Shown here piece after piece: positions 35,851 through 47,920 of a stretch of DNA of 64,000 nt (the stretch's first letter is position 1; every line of letters begins with the position of its first letter). The DNA comes from Bispira polyomma (lineage: Eukaryota). Location of the stretch: contig OZ287759.1 in the NCBI GenBank assembly GCA_965649765.1, positions 27,652,001-27,716,000 of the forward strand. The letters run 5' to 3'. The notes under the pieces were generated by a model that was not told the DNA's origin, did no database searches, and saw only the letters and a list, made by a program, of their open reading frames with translations. The translations under genes were made by a program, and so were the position numbers.

Positions 35851-38800
35851 AAAGCCCACTCTGTAGGATAATGCTACAACAAACTACCTTTTCTCAATTT
35901 TTCTAAACACAAGTAAAGGCGATAATACAACCAGGTTAAAGATAAAACATTAATGTAAGACAGTGTTCAAGTAAATAAAAAATATGTTGGAGTCTAACTT
36001 TTGTTGTGTTTTTATTAAGACACAGGCACATAGTGTAAAATACATTAATGCTGATATGGCCGCCATATACTCTGACACCCCTCGGTTTTGACGAGTTGGA
36101 TTGCTTTGAACTAATCCACGAAAGCCTTACATATTTTATCTCTCACCCTTTTCAGAATAAAAACAATGTTGGGGTATGCATGATAAAAACTACTGGTTGG
36201 AAGCAATCGACTTGTCCAAACTCAGAAATGTCTGATTTATATTTTATTGTATTTCTCACAACACAATGTGGCAAAATCATATATAATCTTTGTATATTTT
36301 TTTGTATATTCTTTGTATATATTTTTTAAAGCACTCCCGTGTTAACAATAATTTTTCATACTGTATCTATGTGTCTTTTTTTAAAACTATTCTTCCAATT
36401 TCTTACATGTAAGTTATCAAATAATTTAGCTTTCCTTAAAGAGATGTCTTTAGGGTAAGGTATCGTTATATTGATAAATTTACAATGTACCGTCACCCAA
36501 AGATTAAAAGTTTGATGTATGACACCGTAACTGAAGAATAAATTCTTCGTTTATGTCCGAATTTTTAAATATCTGTGTCATATTTTTAAGTGACATTACA
36601 TTTATATTTTTGTCTGAACTCAATAGATGAAATTTCATTTTCTATTTCTATCATCAAGCGTACAATCAATTGTAATTTAAAACAAGAGTTGTCTCTTTAA
36701 AAAGGTGTTGCCTAATAATTTTAAGCTGATACCCCTCAGTTTGGCCGGTTCAATTGCTTCTAACTAATCCATAAAGGCCTTACATATTATTTCCAGCATG
36801 GCAACACGTTCTAACATGGCCACGCCCTTTTCCGTTAAAAATGCTGTTTGTCTTCTTTTTATAAACTTTAAATTACACATATAACGCAGCCTACTTGACA
36901 AATGTAATAGTGTACAGACATTTGGTTATCACTCAAGGCCACTCACTGAAATCTGTTATTTGCTCACTTGTCAGGTGAATTGTAAGCAGATCTGGGAGGG
37001 AGACTGAAATTGTGTAATCAAACTAGATCAAATAAGTTAAGCGTCATACCTTGTAAATTAACTGTGTAGAATATAGTGTGTACAGAAGATGTAATTCACT
37101 TCTTCTGTGAAGAGAGAGAGAGAGATTTTTCAAAGAGCCCCCCCCCCCCCTCCCCCCCCCTGTTATATCAATATTTACATATGCACATGTTATACTAGAG
37201 CAGCTAGCCCTTACCATCAGGGCTTATGAGGCATTACATTCATTATACATATTGTCACAACACAGAGAATACTATTGTAACTAGGTTTATGAATTACAGT
37301 TATGATCAGTAGGAGGCCATTTACTAAAATATGAAGAATTATTAATAGTTGAGATAGAAATTACCAAATAGTTGCTGAAATAAGTATCATCCTGTGTTTT
37401 CATTAAATGCTCAGTGCTAGAAAAAAAACGTTCTAAATATTTTAATGAACTCAATTTAGATTCACCACCACCATCATTAATTTATCAGTGGTTTGAGATA
37501 AATTTTTAATTTGTTCATCTGATTGCATTTTGGTTTGCAGGCTAAAACATGTTTTAAATGTCAGTTAAGCCCCATGTAAAATTTGGTCCTTGTATGTGTA
37601 ACCTGTTGTTTTGTCCTTGAGTCTAGTATTGATTGTACACATCACTACGTTCATCAGCAAGTAACCCCCAACTATCCCACTTACAACCCCGGCCAAGATT
37701 TGAACCAGGAGGAGAGTGTGTTCCAATCCGTGAAAGCCAGTCCATTTTGTTCAGAATTGGAATGATTATATTACAAGGATTCTTGTGATGATGAGGCAAA
37801 TTGCAATACAAACTGCAAACAGTCTGTAACATGGTAGTAAAACCACAACAAAGAAGTTAAGCTGTTAGAATCACTAATCCATCGGTATTTTAGTAAGGAC
37901 AGAAAGAAAGGGGATAAAAATGAAATATTCGGTCATACATTCTACCAATTATAATAATTGAAGCATTTATAGAGCGCACAATTGATAAGAACATCTGAGA
38001 CATCCAAAAAGGAAGGTTCAAAGCCAAGCAAAAGGTTGTTACCAAAAAGCATACACCAGGGAAGAGACTAAGTGTGGTGGGGCAGATCGTGGGCCAGTCT
38101 AAAAATGTAAGTTTTGAGATGGCTTCTAAAACCAGTGATTGTATCTTGTATTCTGACTGTCTGTAGGACCTTAATCCATTCAACAGGAGCTGCGACAACA
38201 AAGCAGCATTTGCCGAATTTCCCATTTAGTCGTGTTCAAGAAGCAGAGAGGCTACTAATTAATGCAGTTGCAATTTAAATTTAAACTATCAGGTCAGAAA
38301 TTATATTGCCTTGTATTGTCAATTTACCAATCGAGAAGTATAAAAACCCATAGTCAAGGTAGTGAGGAAGGATATACAGGTAAACAGCCAAATGTGTTTG
38401 TACCTCATGTGTGGCTTTTTGCGGAAATACCATCCATTGAAGGAAGGTGTTCAGCTGTATACAGGTAGTGCAGGGGCGCTATTCACAAACAAGGATCCAG
38501 ATCAGATCAAATTTGACAAAAAAGTTTTAATTGATCCCTGGATCAAATCAGTATTTACCAAGCAAGGAATCAATTGATATGAAAATATAAAATATTTGAA
38601 TTTTTTTTTTATATTCTTCTTCTTCCCTCAAACATGTACTGTCAGCCTTATTTGATCCTTGTAGATCCAGATTTAATCCACCAAGTTGACATCCAGATCT
38701 AGTGTAATCAATACAAAATGTAACAATTTTTATAATTTTGCTACATCCTACATATGGGATAACCTAACGACACAACGATTCCCCAAAGTTCACTTGTTGT

Positions 38801-39044
38801 GTATTGCAGTTTCGTGTTGGGAGCCGTTTATATAATAGTTAGATATTATCTTTTTTATATTTTGAGGAGTGTAATGTTGTGTCATGCAGTTAGAAATATG
38901 TAAAAAGCCTTTAGAAGTCTGACTGACTGCAAAGTGGACTAATAATAGGAGAACATTTGAAAGAAGGAAAAAATCAAATCACAGTGGCAGTATCTCTTAA
39001 AGGGCTTTACAAACAGCTCACTATACCACACTACACTACATAGT

Positions 39045-39302
39045 AGGGGGGCCACGGTGGCCTAGTGATTAGCAAGCATTGCACTTCACAATCACTGGTC
39101 TCTCACCTCTGGGCGGCGTGAGTTCGAATCCCGTCAATGTCTATGTGGGAAAGGTGGTAGTTCCTTACTGTGGGCCGCTGGTTTCAGTGCAGAACCTTGA
39201 TCAACTGTATGCAGCGTTTTCTCCAGCGTTTCCAATTACCCATCCCAATATAACCTAAACAGGTACTAGATTGGACGTTAAATATCCAAATTCAATTCAA
39301 TT
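39045..39302 (+). mobile_element. tRNA-derived SINE copy 4
   Basis: Same family; TSD cactacatagt (39034-39044 / 39303-39313). Confidence 0.92.
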
Positions 39303-39927
39303 CACTACATAGTGATATTTTCATGAAAATAATAGTTTATCAGTTTAAAATTGGAATAAAATACTTGAACTTCTGTTTTGCGCGCATTTTAAATGATTTC
39401 TTAAAACCCACCCCATCTATTGTTTAAAATGCGCATAAGACACTTGTTTGTATTTTTTGTTCCTATATTATATTCGGTCCCTGTTCAGTGACCCTTCTTA
39501 TAAATCAGCCATAATAATTTTAGTCATTGACCTCTACATGAGGAGGAATTGAAATGTCCTATCACCGTCCCTTTGTGTTTTTTTTTCACAACAATTAGCT
39601 ATAGTGAACAACTCTGTTCTTCACCATGCGTACCTTCAGTAAATCAAAGCCTTGTGTTGAAGACAAAAAAACTATATTTGGGCCAGCCCTGTTTACACTG
39701 ACATTGCATGTGCGAGTAGTCATGGGTAGTTTTAAAAATGTTTTAAAAAAACTTACTATTTTTAACTGATAGAGAAGAAGGAATGTGGAATAATTGTGAA
39801 GAATGGGCTACAAATTAGAAAGAAATTTTCGATTCGCCCTCATTGGCACTCCAAATTGTTCACAGTTGGTCTAGGCATTAGTTCTAACAGAGTTAGATTT
39901 AATGGTGTAAAAAATCTCGAGACAAAA

Positions 39928-40177
39928 GGGGCGAATATACCTAAACGATTTTTCTTACAAATTTGTCATCCGACGTCCGCTTCAGTCATCTGAAAAAAAT
40001 TGAAATATAATGAAATAGAAAAGTAGAATACACATAATCAATTGCACCACCGACTCGGGAGCTGAATTTGAAAAAAAATCAAAACATGAATACTAAAATA
40101 ATCGTTCAGCAGTATATTTTCAAATTCGGACGTCGGATGATGGATTCTGAAGCAAAATCAGCTAGGTATATTCGCCC
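39928..40177. mobile_element. MITE with ~50-bp imperfect TIRs
   Basis: gggcgaatatacctaaacgattttt...tcatccgacgtccg / cggacgtcggatga...aaaatcagctaggtatattcgccc. Confidence 0.75.
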
Positions 40178-40253
40178 GTTGATATGCCGTGGCAGAAAAG
40201 AACACTGCCACTGTGTATTCATAATACTATTTCATAGATAATTGACTATACTC

Positions 40254-40681
40254 TACGGTAGAGTAGAAGGGCCCCCTCAATTTTTTTTATTATTTGTCGA
40301 CTTGATAAATTAACTATAAAATAAAGCTATCTTGACTCATTGACTTAGTAAGTTCACAAATTGAAAAGAAATACTTACTATCTTGGTAAACTGACTTAAC
40401 TATCTCAATTTAGTGACTATTTAGTACCTTGATAAATCGACTCGATAAATCAAATTGAAAACAAATATTTAAGCTATCTTGATTTATCGAGTTACTATCT
40501 CTATAATCGAGCCACAGAGTTTGTTCTTTTTCAGTTAATTGAGTAAGTATTGTTTATTAATTTGTTATCTTACTATGTTGATAAATCAAGATACAATATG
40601 AATCCATTTATCGAGATCGGAGGTCAACAATTTTTTTTTTTATTTTAAACGAATTGGGAGTGACCCTTCTAGTCTTCTGTA
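40254..40681. mobile_element. Non-autonomous DNA transposon with TACGG-type TIRs, 6-bp TSD and internal ~22-bp repeat arrays
   Basis: TIR tacggtagagtagaagggcc / gacccttctagtcttctgta; TSD ATACTC (40248-40253 / 40682-40687); internal gacttagctatcttgataaa-like units. Confidence 0.8.
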
Positions 40682-41154
40682 ATACTCCCTGCATAAATAA
40701 AACTCTTTTTTTAACTTACGATCACATGCAGGGGAATACTATTCTGGTTTGTACAACAAAATAACTAAAAGGACTGTTTTGGAGTCGTTACTATTTACTT
40801 TTCACAATATTTGGCCATCATGTGCAGATACAATTCACGCCCTTGTTTACTCTGTGGCTAGAGCAAATACCTCTTCAAAGTATTCCCTTACTTTGACTTG
40901 AAATCACCCTGAAGGTCATCTATTATACTGTACAATTGAAAACTTATACCGGGGGAAATAATTTGAGCTACATTCCCTATTAAGGATGTTATTATTAATA
41001 CTTTGTATATATATATATATATGTATATACATATTCAAAAATAGGTCACAGATCTGTACATATTTAAGTACTTTTGTACACCCCTGTCTACATATGATAC
41101 ATTAAAAGGATAAATAGTGGAAATAAATTACAAAAAATTTCTAAAAAAAAATGA

Positions 41155-41370
41155 CTCAGCCCATCTTAAGATTGGCCAGAAAAACTGGCCAAACTTGAGA
41201 TTGGATTAAAATTGACAATTAGAGATCTTTAATCCTTAAATAATAATTTTTATTCACAAGATGATGATTTGGTGTTATTTTGTTAATTCTATAACAGATT
41301 TGAAGGTCATTATTCAATGTCCCAGTTATTGCTTATATTACTGATAAACTGATATTACTGAGTTATCCTT
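41155..41370. repeat. Dispersed repeat, direct copy at ~44236-44420
   Basis: agcccatct.aagattggcc...aaact.gccaaacttgagattgg.ttaaaatt...agagatct shared between the two copies. Confidence 0.7.
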
Positions 41371-41615
41371 GGGTACAAAGAATAGATCAAGGTGTAGCTA
41401 CAACTTATTATTGGGGTCGTTACCAGATGGAAGGACTTATCTTGGTCAGTTGGGGAGGTCAGGGTCATAGATATTTGGTTCTGGCGACTAATTGATCGAT
41501 TTATCACAATGTAAAAAATCAGCCGGGCCTAACTAATATGAGTATACTCGCCCTTTTTGAAACACACATCAGGGCAAAATGTCCACAATTGACCACGATC
41601 ACATTATGCATCATG

Positions 41616-41915
41616 GCTCCCCCGTGGTCCAGTAGTTAGGTTGTTGATCTGATGATCAGGAGGTCCCCGGTTCTATTCCCAGTATTCCTGCTAGTTTCAT
41701 TTGGTGGGATAACATCCTTGGGCAAGATGTAGAGACCAGTTTGCCTAGTGGCTCAGATGACCACTTGAAATGGTGGTCCTCTGTCACTAAGTACTATCTC
41801 TAGCGGCAGATTAAAGATCCTTGGGGACGTTGATAAATGGTCATCCTCAAGCCAGCCTTGGCTCTCACAGTGGCAACCCATGGGAAGGCCCATTTGAAAG
41901 CCCCCAATCAGGTGT
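41616..41915 (+). mobile_element. tRNA-derived CORE-like SINE
   Basis: A-box-like gtggtccagtagttagg, B-box-like ggttctattccc, CORE motif tccttgggcaag. Confidence 0.7.
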
Positions 41916-43366
41916 GAATAATATCAATATAATTATGATTAATATATTTAGATAGTTGTATATTTTTTTTTTTTTTTTGGTTAAATTGCCATACAGAGCC
42001 CCAATAAGTATGACAGAGGGCGGTGATGAATGCAACACTGAAGACAGTAGAGGTGAGGTATTTCATACTCAAATATACAAGTAGATGTAGACTTATGTGG
42101 ATGGGGCTCCAGTCGGGTGTGTATATAGATAGGTATACTAATATTCCCAGTTGTGTTTTTTTATTTTACATGTTTACTATCACAAGGTCACTCAAGGGCA
42201 CTGTGTAAGGTAACCCCACAAAGGGCTAGTAGGGTATTATTCATATGACCCCCAGTGTGATTGGCTACAGACTAACCTAATTAATCCTCCTTTCCCGCCA
42301 AATACAATTGGGGCCTCACTTTTAATGTAAATATCTCAGTGGCAGGACGCCATTTTAAACTGTTTGTGTGTTCTTCAAACCCACCCACATCCCCAACTTC
42401 TCCCTTTTTCAGATATGGCACCAAAGGTGTTGAATGTATTGTACAATAATAATCACGTACAAGTGTATAACGTATGGTGACTGTAGATAAAACGTAGCAA
42501 TGTTAACACAGAGTACTGTAGTTTTAGATCGGCGAAAAAATGCACATGACTCCTTCACAAGCAAAACAAAAGTGACCGAGCATTACAGGCACAGATTGGC
42601 TGGCCGCTGATTGCATTAATGTATCATTGTGACTCGATTTACCTTGATCTCACTGGCCAACTCATGGAAATTGCCAACGAGGGACAGCATTGGGCTGTCA
42701 ACTTAGGCACAGCGGAGAAGTGGTGCACCATAAGGAATTTCAATGGGACAATAACGTGAAAGTGCATCTTTATGTAAGAATAGTTATCAGCTAGCGGTCG
42801 GGTACTTTTACTTTTTTTATCATTTTACATTGCTGCTCTGTGTCAAAGCTATATATATATACATATATAAACTATTTTACATATATTTTACATAAGCTAA
42901 GGCCACCCTTATATACAACTATTTTACATAAATGTATATTAAATCTATGGTTACCTTAACCTTACTCGGGCATTTTAAAATAAGATGACCTCAACTTAAA
43001 GGTAATAAAGTGAGTTACTTGAGACTAACCTTAAAGTAAACTGACTTGAAGTAAAGAAAGTCACCTTGAAGTTAATGTCACCTCAATTAGGGAGACCTTA
43101 AACACTAGGGTGTCTTTAGCTTTTTCTAGCTTTTTTCTAGTTGTAAATAATGTAGCTATTAACTAAAGGTAGGTTAAACTAATATTCCCAGCTGTATGTT
43201 TTTTCTTACATACTCACTATCACTCAAGGGCACTGTATATACACGTACGTTTAAATATTTAATACAACATTATAAAAACTGAACTATCCCAAAAGAGCCC
43301 CTAAATATGTGTCAAATATATAACCCATTCAAAACACTAAATATTCTTCTAAGTTTTTAGAAGATA

Positions 43367-43725
43367 AATCTTGAAAATAGGTGCTAATAAAAAAAATACA
43401 TACAGACAAATGGCTGTGGGAAAATATACTTGAAATAATTCAATGTTTAAAATTATAAAATTTAATAATTTCACCGCTGGCTAATTAATCTTGATGTGTC
43501 ACAGAATCACTTGTCCTGATCAATTTTTAAAGCCTTAGGAAAAGAAACCCCAAATAATCTGGAAATATCTCTTGAAAAACAAAATCTTAAAAATGGGTGA
43601 CATTCAAAATACAGATAGACAAATGGCTGTCTACAAATATACATAAGGTTATTCAATGTTTAAACTTATAACATTTATTAATTTCACCTCTGGCTAATCT
43701 TTATGCTTCACAGAATCACTCGTTG
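43367..43725. repeat. Diverged ~215-bp tandem duplication
   Basis: gacaaatggctgt...attcaatgtttaaa.ttataa.attt..taatttcacc.ctggctaat...cacagaatcact occurs twice. Confidence 0.75.
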
Positions 43726-44653
43726 TAAACAATTTTGTAAAAAGAGGAAAAACCTTCTTGAAACAAGAAAAGCCTTTCAAAAAGGCAGGTCGGTAATTAG
43801 GTCAGCTATAACGCGATACCAGACAGGGGAATCCCAGAAGTATGTTAGCTCTATCAGCGTAAAACATCTTAGTTGTAAGTTAATTATTTCTTTTATGAAA
43901 TAAACTTCTATCTCTGTACCTTTATTGTAGCAGACAAATATATTAACCACAAATATAAGACAGATATAACATTAACAATGATAAAATAAGTTATATCTTT
44001 CATAAACATTATCAATAAATCTACGCTCCATACATGGTTCGTCTTAGACCCGTCATACAACATGGCGGCACCTAGTTTCCGACCAAAACACTGGCGACAT
44101 TGAGGCCTGCAGAAGTAGGGCCATAAAGACACTATAACAATCATGGTGTTGCCCAACTGTCGATTTGGCCAATGTTAAGATGGGCTATAGCCCAACTTAG
44201 GATCCTATGTTTACTAGCCAATCTTAAGATGGATAAGCCCATCTCAAGATTGGCCTGGGAAACTAGCCAAACTTGAGATTGGTTAAAATTTAAAACTAGA
44301 GATCTGAAATGTATGAATTGTATAATAATTACTTCACATGATGATAATTTAATGTTTTTTTGTTTTTGTTTTTTCTCATTATCAAATGTTTCAGTTATTG
44401 CTTGTTTACTGATAAACTTGCATTTTTAATGTGTATTTTCTATGAGTGTAATTATCTTAAAATTGCCCTACATTGGTGTAAGGTCACAATAAACCTAGCC
44501 TGGTTTACTATGCTAGAACAATTTAGGTTTAAAATTCATTATTGAATGTTCATAACTCCTTAAAAGATATTGCTTACACATTGTTATCAATTTTAAGAAG
44601 TGATCTCTATTTCAATATTTATTAAGTTCACACAACTGAAATACCTCCTACTA

Positions 44654-44851
44654 CAAATAATTTATATTGGCCTTCTCCACAGGATTATTAACACCAAATA
44701 TGGACATGTTATAGGCTTTTACTAACTCAAAGAATACAGACACTCCACTCTCCAAATAATTTGTATAGACCTTCTCCACAGTTATATTAATACCAAATAT
44801 AGACAGGTTATAGGCTTTTACTAACCCAAAGAATACAGATACTCAACTCTT
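44654..44851. repeat. ~99-bp tandem duplication
   Basis: caaataatt..tat...ccttctccaca...gttataggcttttactaac.caaagaatacaga occurs twice. Confidence 0.85.
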
Positions 44852-46103
44852 CACAAGCCTTTTGTGATACAGATGTACTTCACAAAAGTTGTGCACACTA
44901 CAAAGCCATGTATGAATCATTTGAATGAAAAAAATCATAAACATTTTGTGAATTGTTATGCAGACTTTTTAACTGTGTATACTGCCACAATACTAGTTAG
45001 TCCATAACGACACATTTGTTATGAGCAGTCTGATATTCCTAACATTATATTGTAAAATGCTGAATAGTTAAATTCACAATGAACGAGTTGAAGATGAATA
45101 TGTTACCTGCCGTTTAACCCCATTCCACCATTTAAAGTGGCGTACGTCGATTAAACCAGCCCGCTAATTAGATTTGTGGCGTAACCACCTGCTACAAAGG
45201 GTCTCAGATGCACGTCTAAATGAGACCAGGCCTTAACACAGACATGCAAAGACATTGGGGAAAACGGCATGGAACTCACATACTGGCCATAATGAAACAG
45301 ATTATATCCACTCATGGAAATTGTTTCGAAAGTGGCTCCTCTGCACAAGCCCATGTCATTATTTATGTAATTACAGATGGCTTTTGGTATTTTATTTACA
45401 CTCAAACTATCTATTATATATGGTTAAAAATGTATATTTACATGGAAGAATCAGTATGTTAATCTTTAAGTCATATAATTATGAGAACAATAGGTCATTC
45501 TGAACTAATAGTTTATCTGTAGTTATTTTATTTCACTTCAATTATGTAGGTCATCTTTAATTATATTCTTTTACTGCATGTATATGCTTTATGTAAACTT
45601 AATTTTTGTGAAGTATAGTAGTATGGTATCCTCAAGTTATGCTGTTTAATTAGCATGTCAATTTCACAAACTTTAATACACCTTAGTTTAAGGTCAACTT
45701 AGCCAAGAACTGCTAGTAAGGTGGCCTTAACTCGATATGTAAGTGTAAGTTTTAATTGGTCTCCTGTACAAACTGTACATAAAAGTAATAACTCAAACAC
45801 TTAGTTAATGTTATGCTTGTACCAACATGTAAATAAAAAACGATTCCTAAAATTGTCTTATATCTTGAGTGACCTTGATCTGATCTATGTGGATTTCTCT
45901 GTGAGCTGGTTACTCTGCTTAGTACTATAGCACTCAGTATAGTTCTTTATCACAAACTTTTAACTATACTCGTAGAAAAGTTGTGTAAATCTTACTATAA
46001 TCTTAGCAAGGTTGTGAATAATTCTTTATTCTGTGGAGATAAAGCTTGGTGGTTTCGTCATGATACATTGGTGAAAACAGATAATTTGTATGATAGTGTT
46101 GAA

Positions 46104-46474
46104 TACGGAAGAGTGGAATTGCCACCTAAACAAAAAATTCTAATTGCCGACTTAGTATCTTCATAAATGAACTTAGCTATCTTGATTTATCGACTTAGCT
46201 ATCTCGTCCTAATGAGATACTATCTTGATTCATTGACTTCATATCTCGATAAATTGACATAGCTGTCTTCACGTATTGACTTATTATCTCGAAAAATGGA
46301 CTGTAAATAGCCATTTATTTTCTATTTGTCAACATACTAAGTCGATGAGTAGAGAAAGCTATGTTATTTTATTAAGACGCCAAATTGATAAATCTAGATA
46401 ACTAAGTCGATTTATCGAGATACTAAGTAAACAAATAGGAAAAAATATTAAGGTGGCCCTTGTACTCTACCGTA
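46104..46474. mobile_element. Second copy of the TACGG-TIR non-autonomous transposon family
   Basis: tacggaagagtggaattgccacc ... ggtggcccttgtactctaccgta; internal cgacttagctatctcg arrays in inverted halves; flanks gttgaa/atggaa (eroded 6-bp TSD). Confidence 0.75.
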
Positions 46475-46589
46475 ATGGAACCATCAAAAACACATTACAG
46501 CGTAATCACAGTGTAATTTTAAGTGAACACAAATCCAGTTTAATCATTCCAAGAAGACAAATGAAAGGCTTAAACATGTGTTTGACGTG

Positions 46590-46890
46590 CATATTGATGT
46601 GAGTGATCTGAGAGCCTCAGTTTGATCCTCGCTGCAAGCCTGGAGATTGTACCCTCAGACAAGGTGCTTTACACAAAATTGTCCCTCTCTACCCAGTTGT
46701 ATAAATGGGGAATTGGCTGCTAATGAGTGTTAGTCTTTGTGTGCCGCATGTGGCAGCAAGGCTAGCATGTTTCCTAAGGTAGCTGAGGCTGAACAATTGG
46801 TTGACAAATAGAAAAACCAAGGTTGGGGGTCTAAACTCTAACGTCAGCTGAGACTTCAATAAAGGCAATATCAGACTATAAACCTACACG
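46590..46890 (+). mobile_element. CORE-SINE
   Basis: ttgtaccctcagacaaggtgctttacacaaaattgtccctctctacccagttgtataaatggg matches the CORE-domain pattern. Confidence 0.7.
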
Positions 46891-47214
46891 TATTTACATG
46901 TACATATTTATGCACTAAGCACTCTGGGCTTCCTGCCATTAATTTCACCCGAGCCCTCCTTGGATAATAACTGTTTGCATTCTTATTCACTTCCTAATGA
47001 TTGTGCTAATAGGCTAATGGATCTGTCATTGATGCCACTATATGAGAACAGTTTATAGTCCAATGATTTACATAACAGTTTTTATTTTTATACTTTTACA
47101 AAAAGTTAATTTTTGCAACCATCATATTGTTTGGATAACATACGAGGAAGCTGGAGTGACTGAATCATAAATCATTATATTTTCTGAAAACTGTATATAC
47201 TTAATTTTTGTAAT

Positions 47215-47920
47215 TGTACTTAGACTTTTATTGCGCTTAATCTCCCCTTAACAAAGGGGACTCTAAGGCACACCAGCACAAAAGACAGTTATCCAATTTC
47301 CAAAATCAAGGGACAGAAAAAGGGTCAGCAACATAGTGCGCGCCGGGGGATGATTGAGACTAAGGTGGATATGCTTTAGTGTACAAGTGGGTTTTAAGCT
47401 TCTTTCTAAAACAGGCTAGTGAGGGGGAAGCACGAATCACATCAGGAAGACCATTCCAAACAATGGGAGCATCAAAAGCAAAGCTGTGACCAAACTGTTT
47501 AACCGACTTTTGAGTAGATGGGTGGAACTTCGGAACAACAAGAAAATTACTACCACTCTGATTACGTCTGGTATTGTAGGAACTACTGTAAGTGGAAAGA
47601 TATGGGGCAAAATACTTTGGAAACCCAGTCTGGAGAAACTTATAAACAAGTGTAGCTGTCTTAAACACTGAACGCTGTTCAACAGGGAGCCAATGCAATT
47701 TCTTAAGAACAGGAGTTATGCTAGTGTATCGACTGGTGTTTGACACAATTCTAGCTGCACTATTTTGAATGCATTGTAATTTGTGTAAATTAAACTTTGA
47801 GAGACTCCTGAAAAGTGAATTGCAGTAATCCAGTGTACTACTGACAAAAGCATTGGCCACAAGTATAGAAGCATCATAAGTGAGAAACCGTCTGACACGT
47901 CTAAAGTCACGGAGTTGCTT
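47215..47920 (-). mobile_element. L2 LINE 3' end, relatively intact
   Basis: ANAFVSSTLDYCNSLF...LQCIQNSAARIV...ITPVLKKLHWLPVEQR...FGHSFAFDAPIVWNGLP...FRKKLKTHLYTKAYPP* followed by a 3' UTR. Confidence 0.92.

Noticed and set aside
45151-45405. ORF containing FVAGGY, reminiscent of a nucleotidyltransferase motif
   Set aside because: No following DxD motif, short and stop-bounded; not enough evidence.
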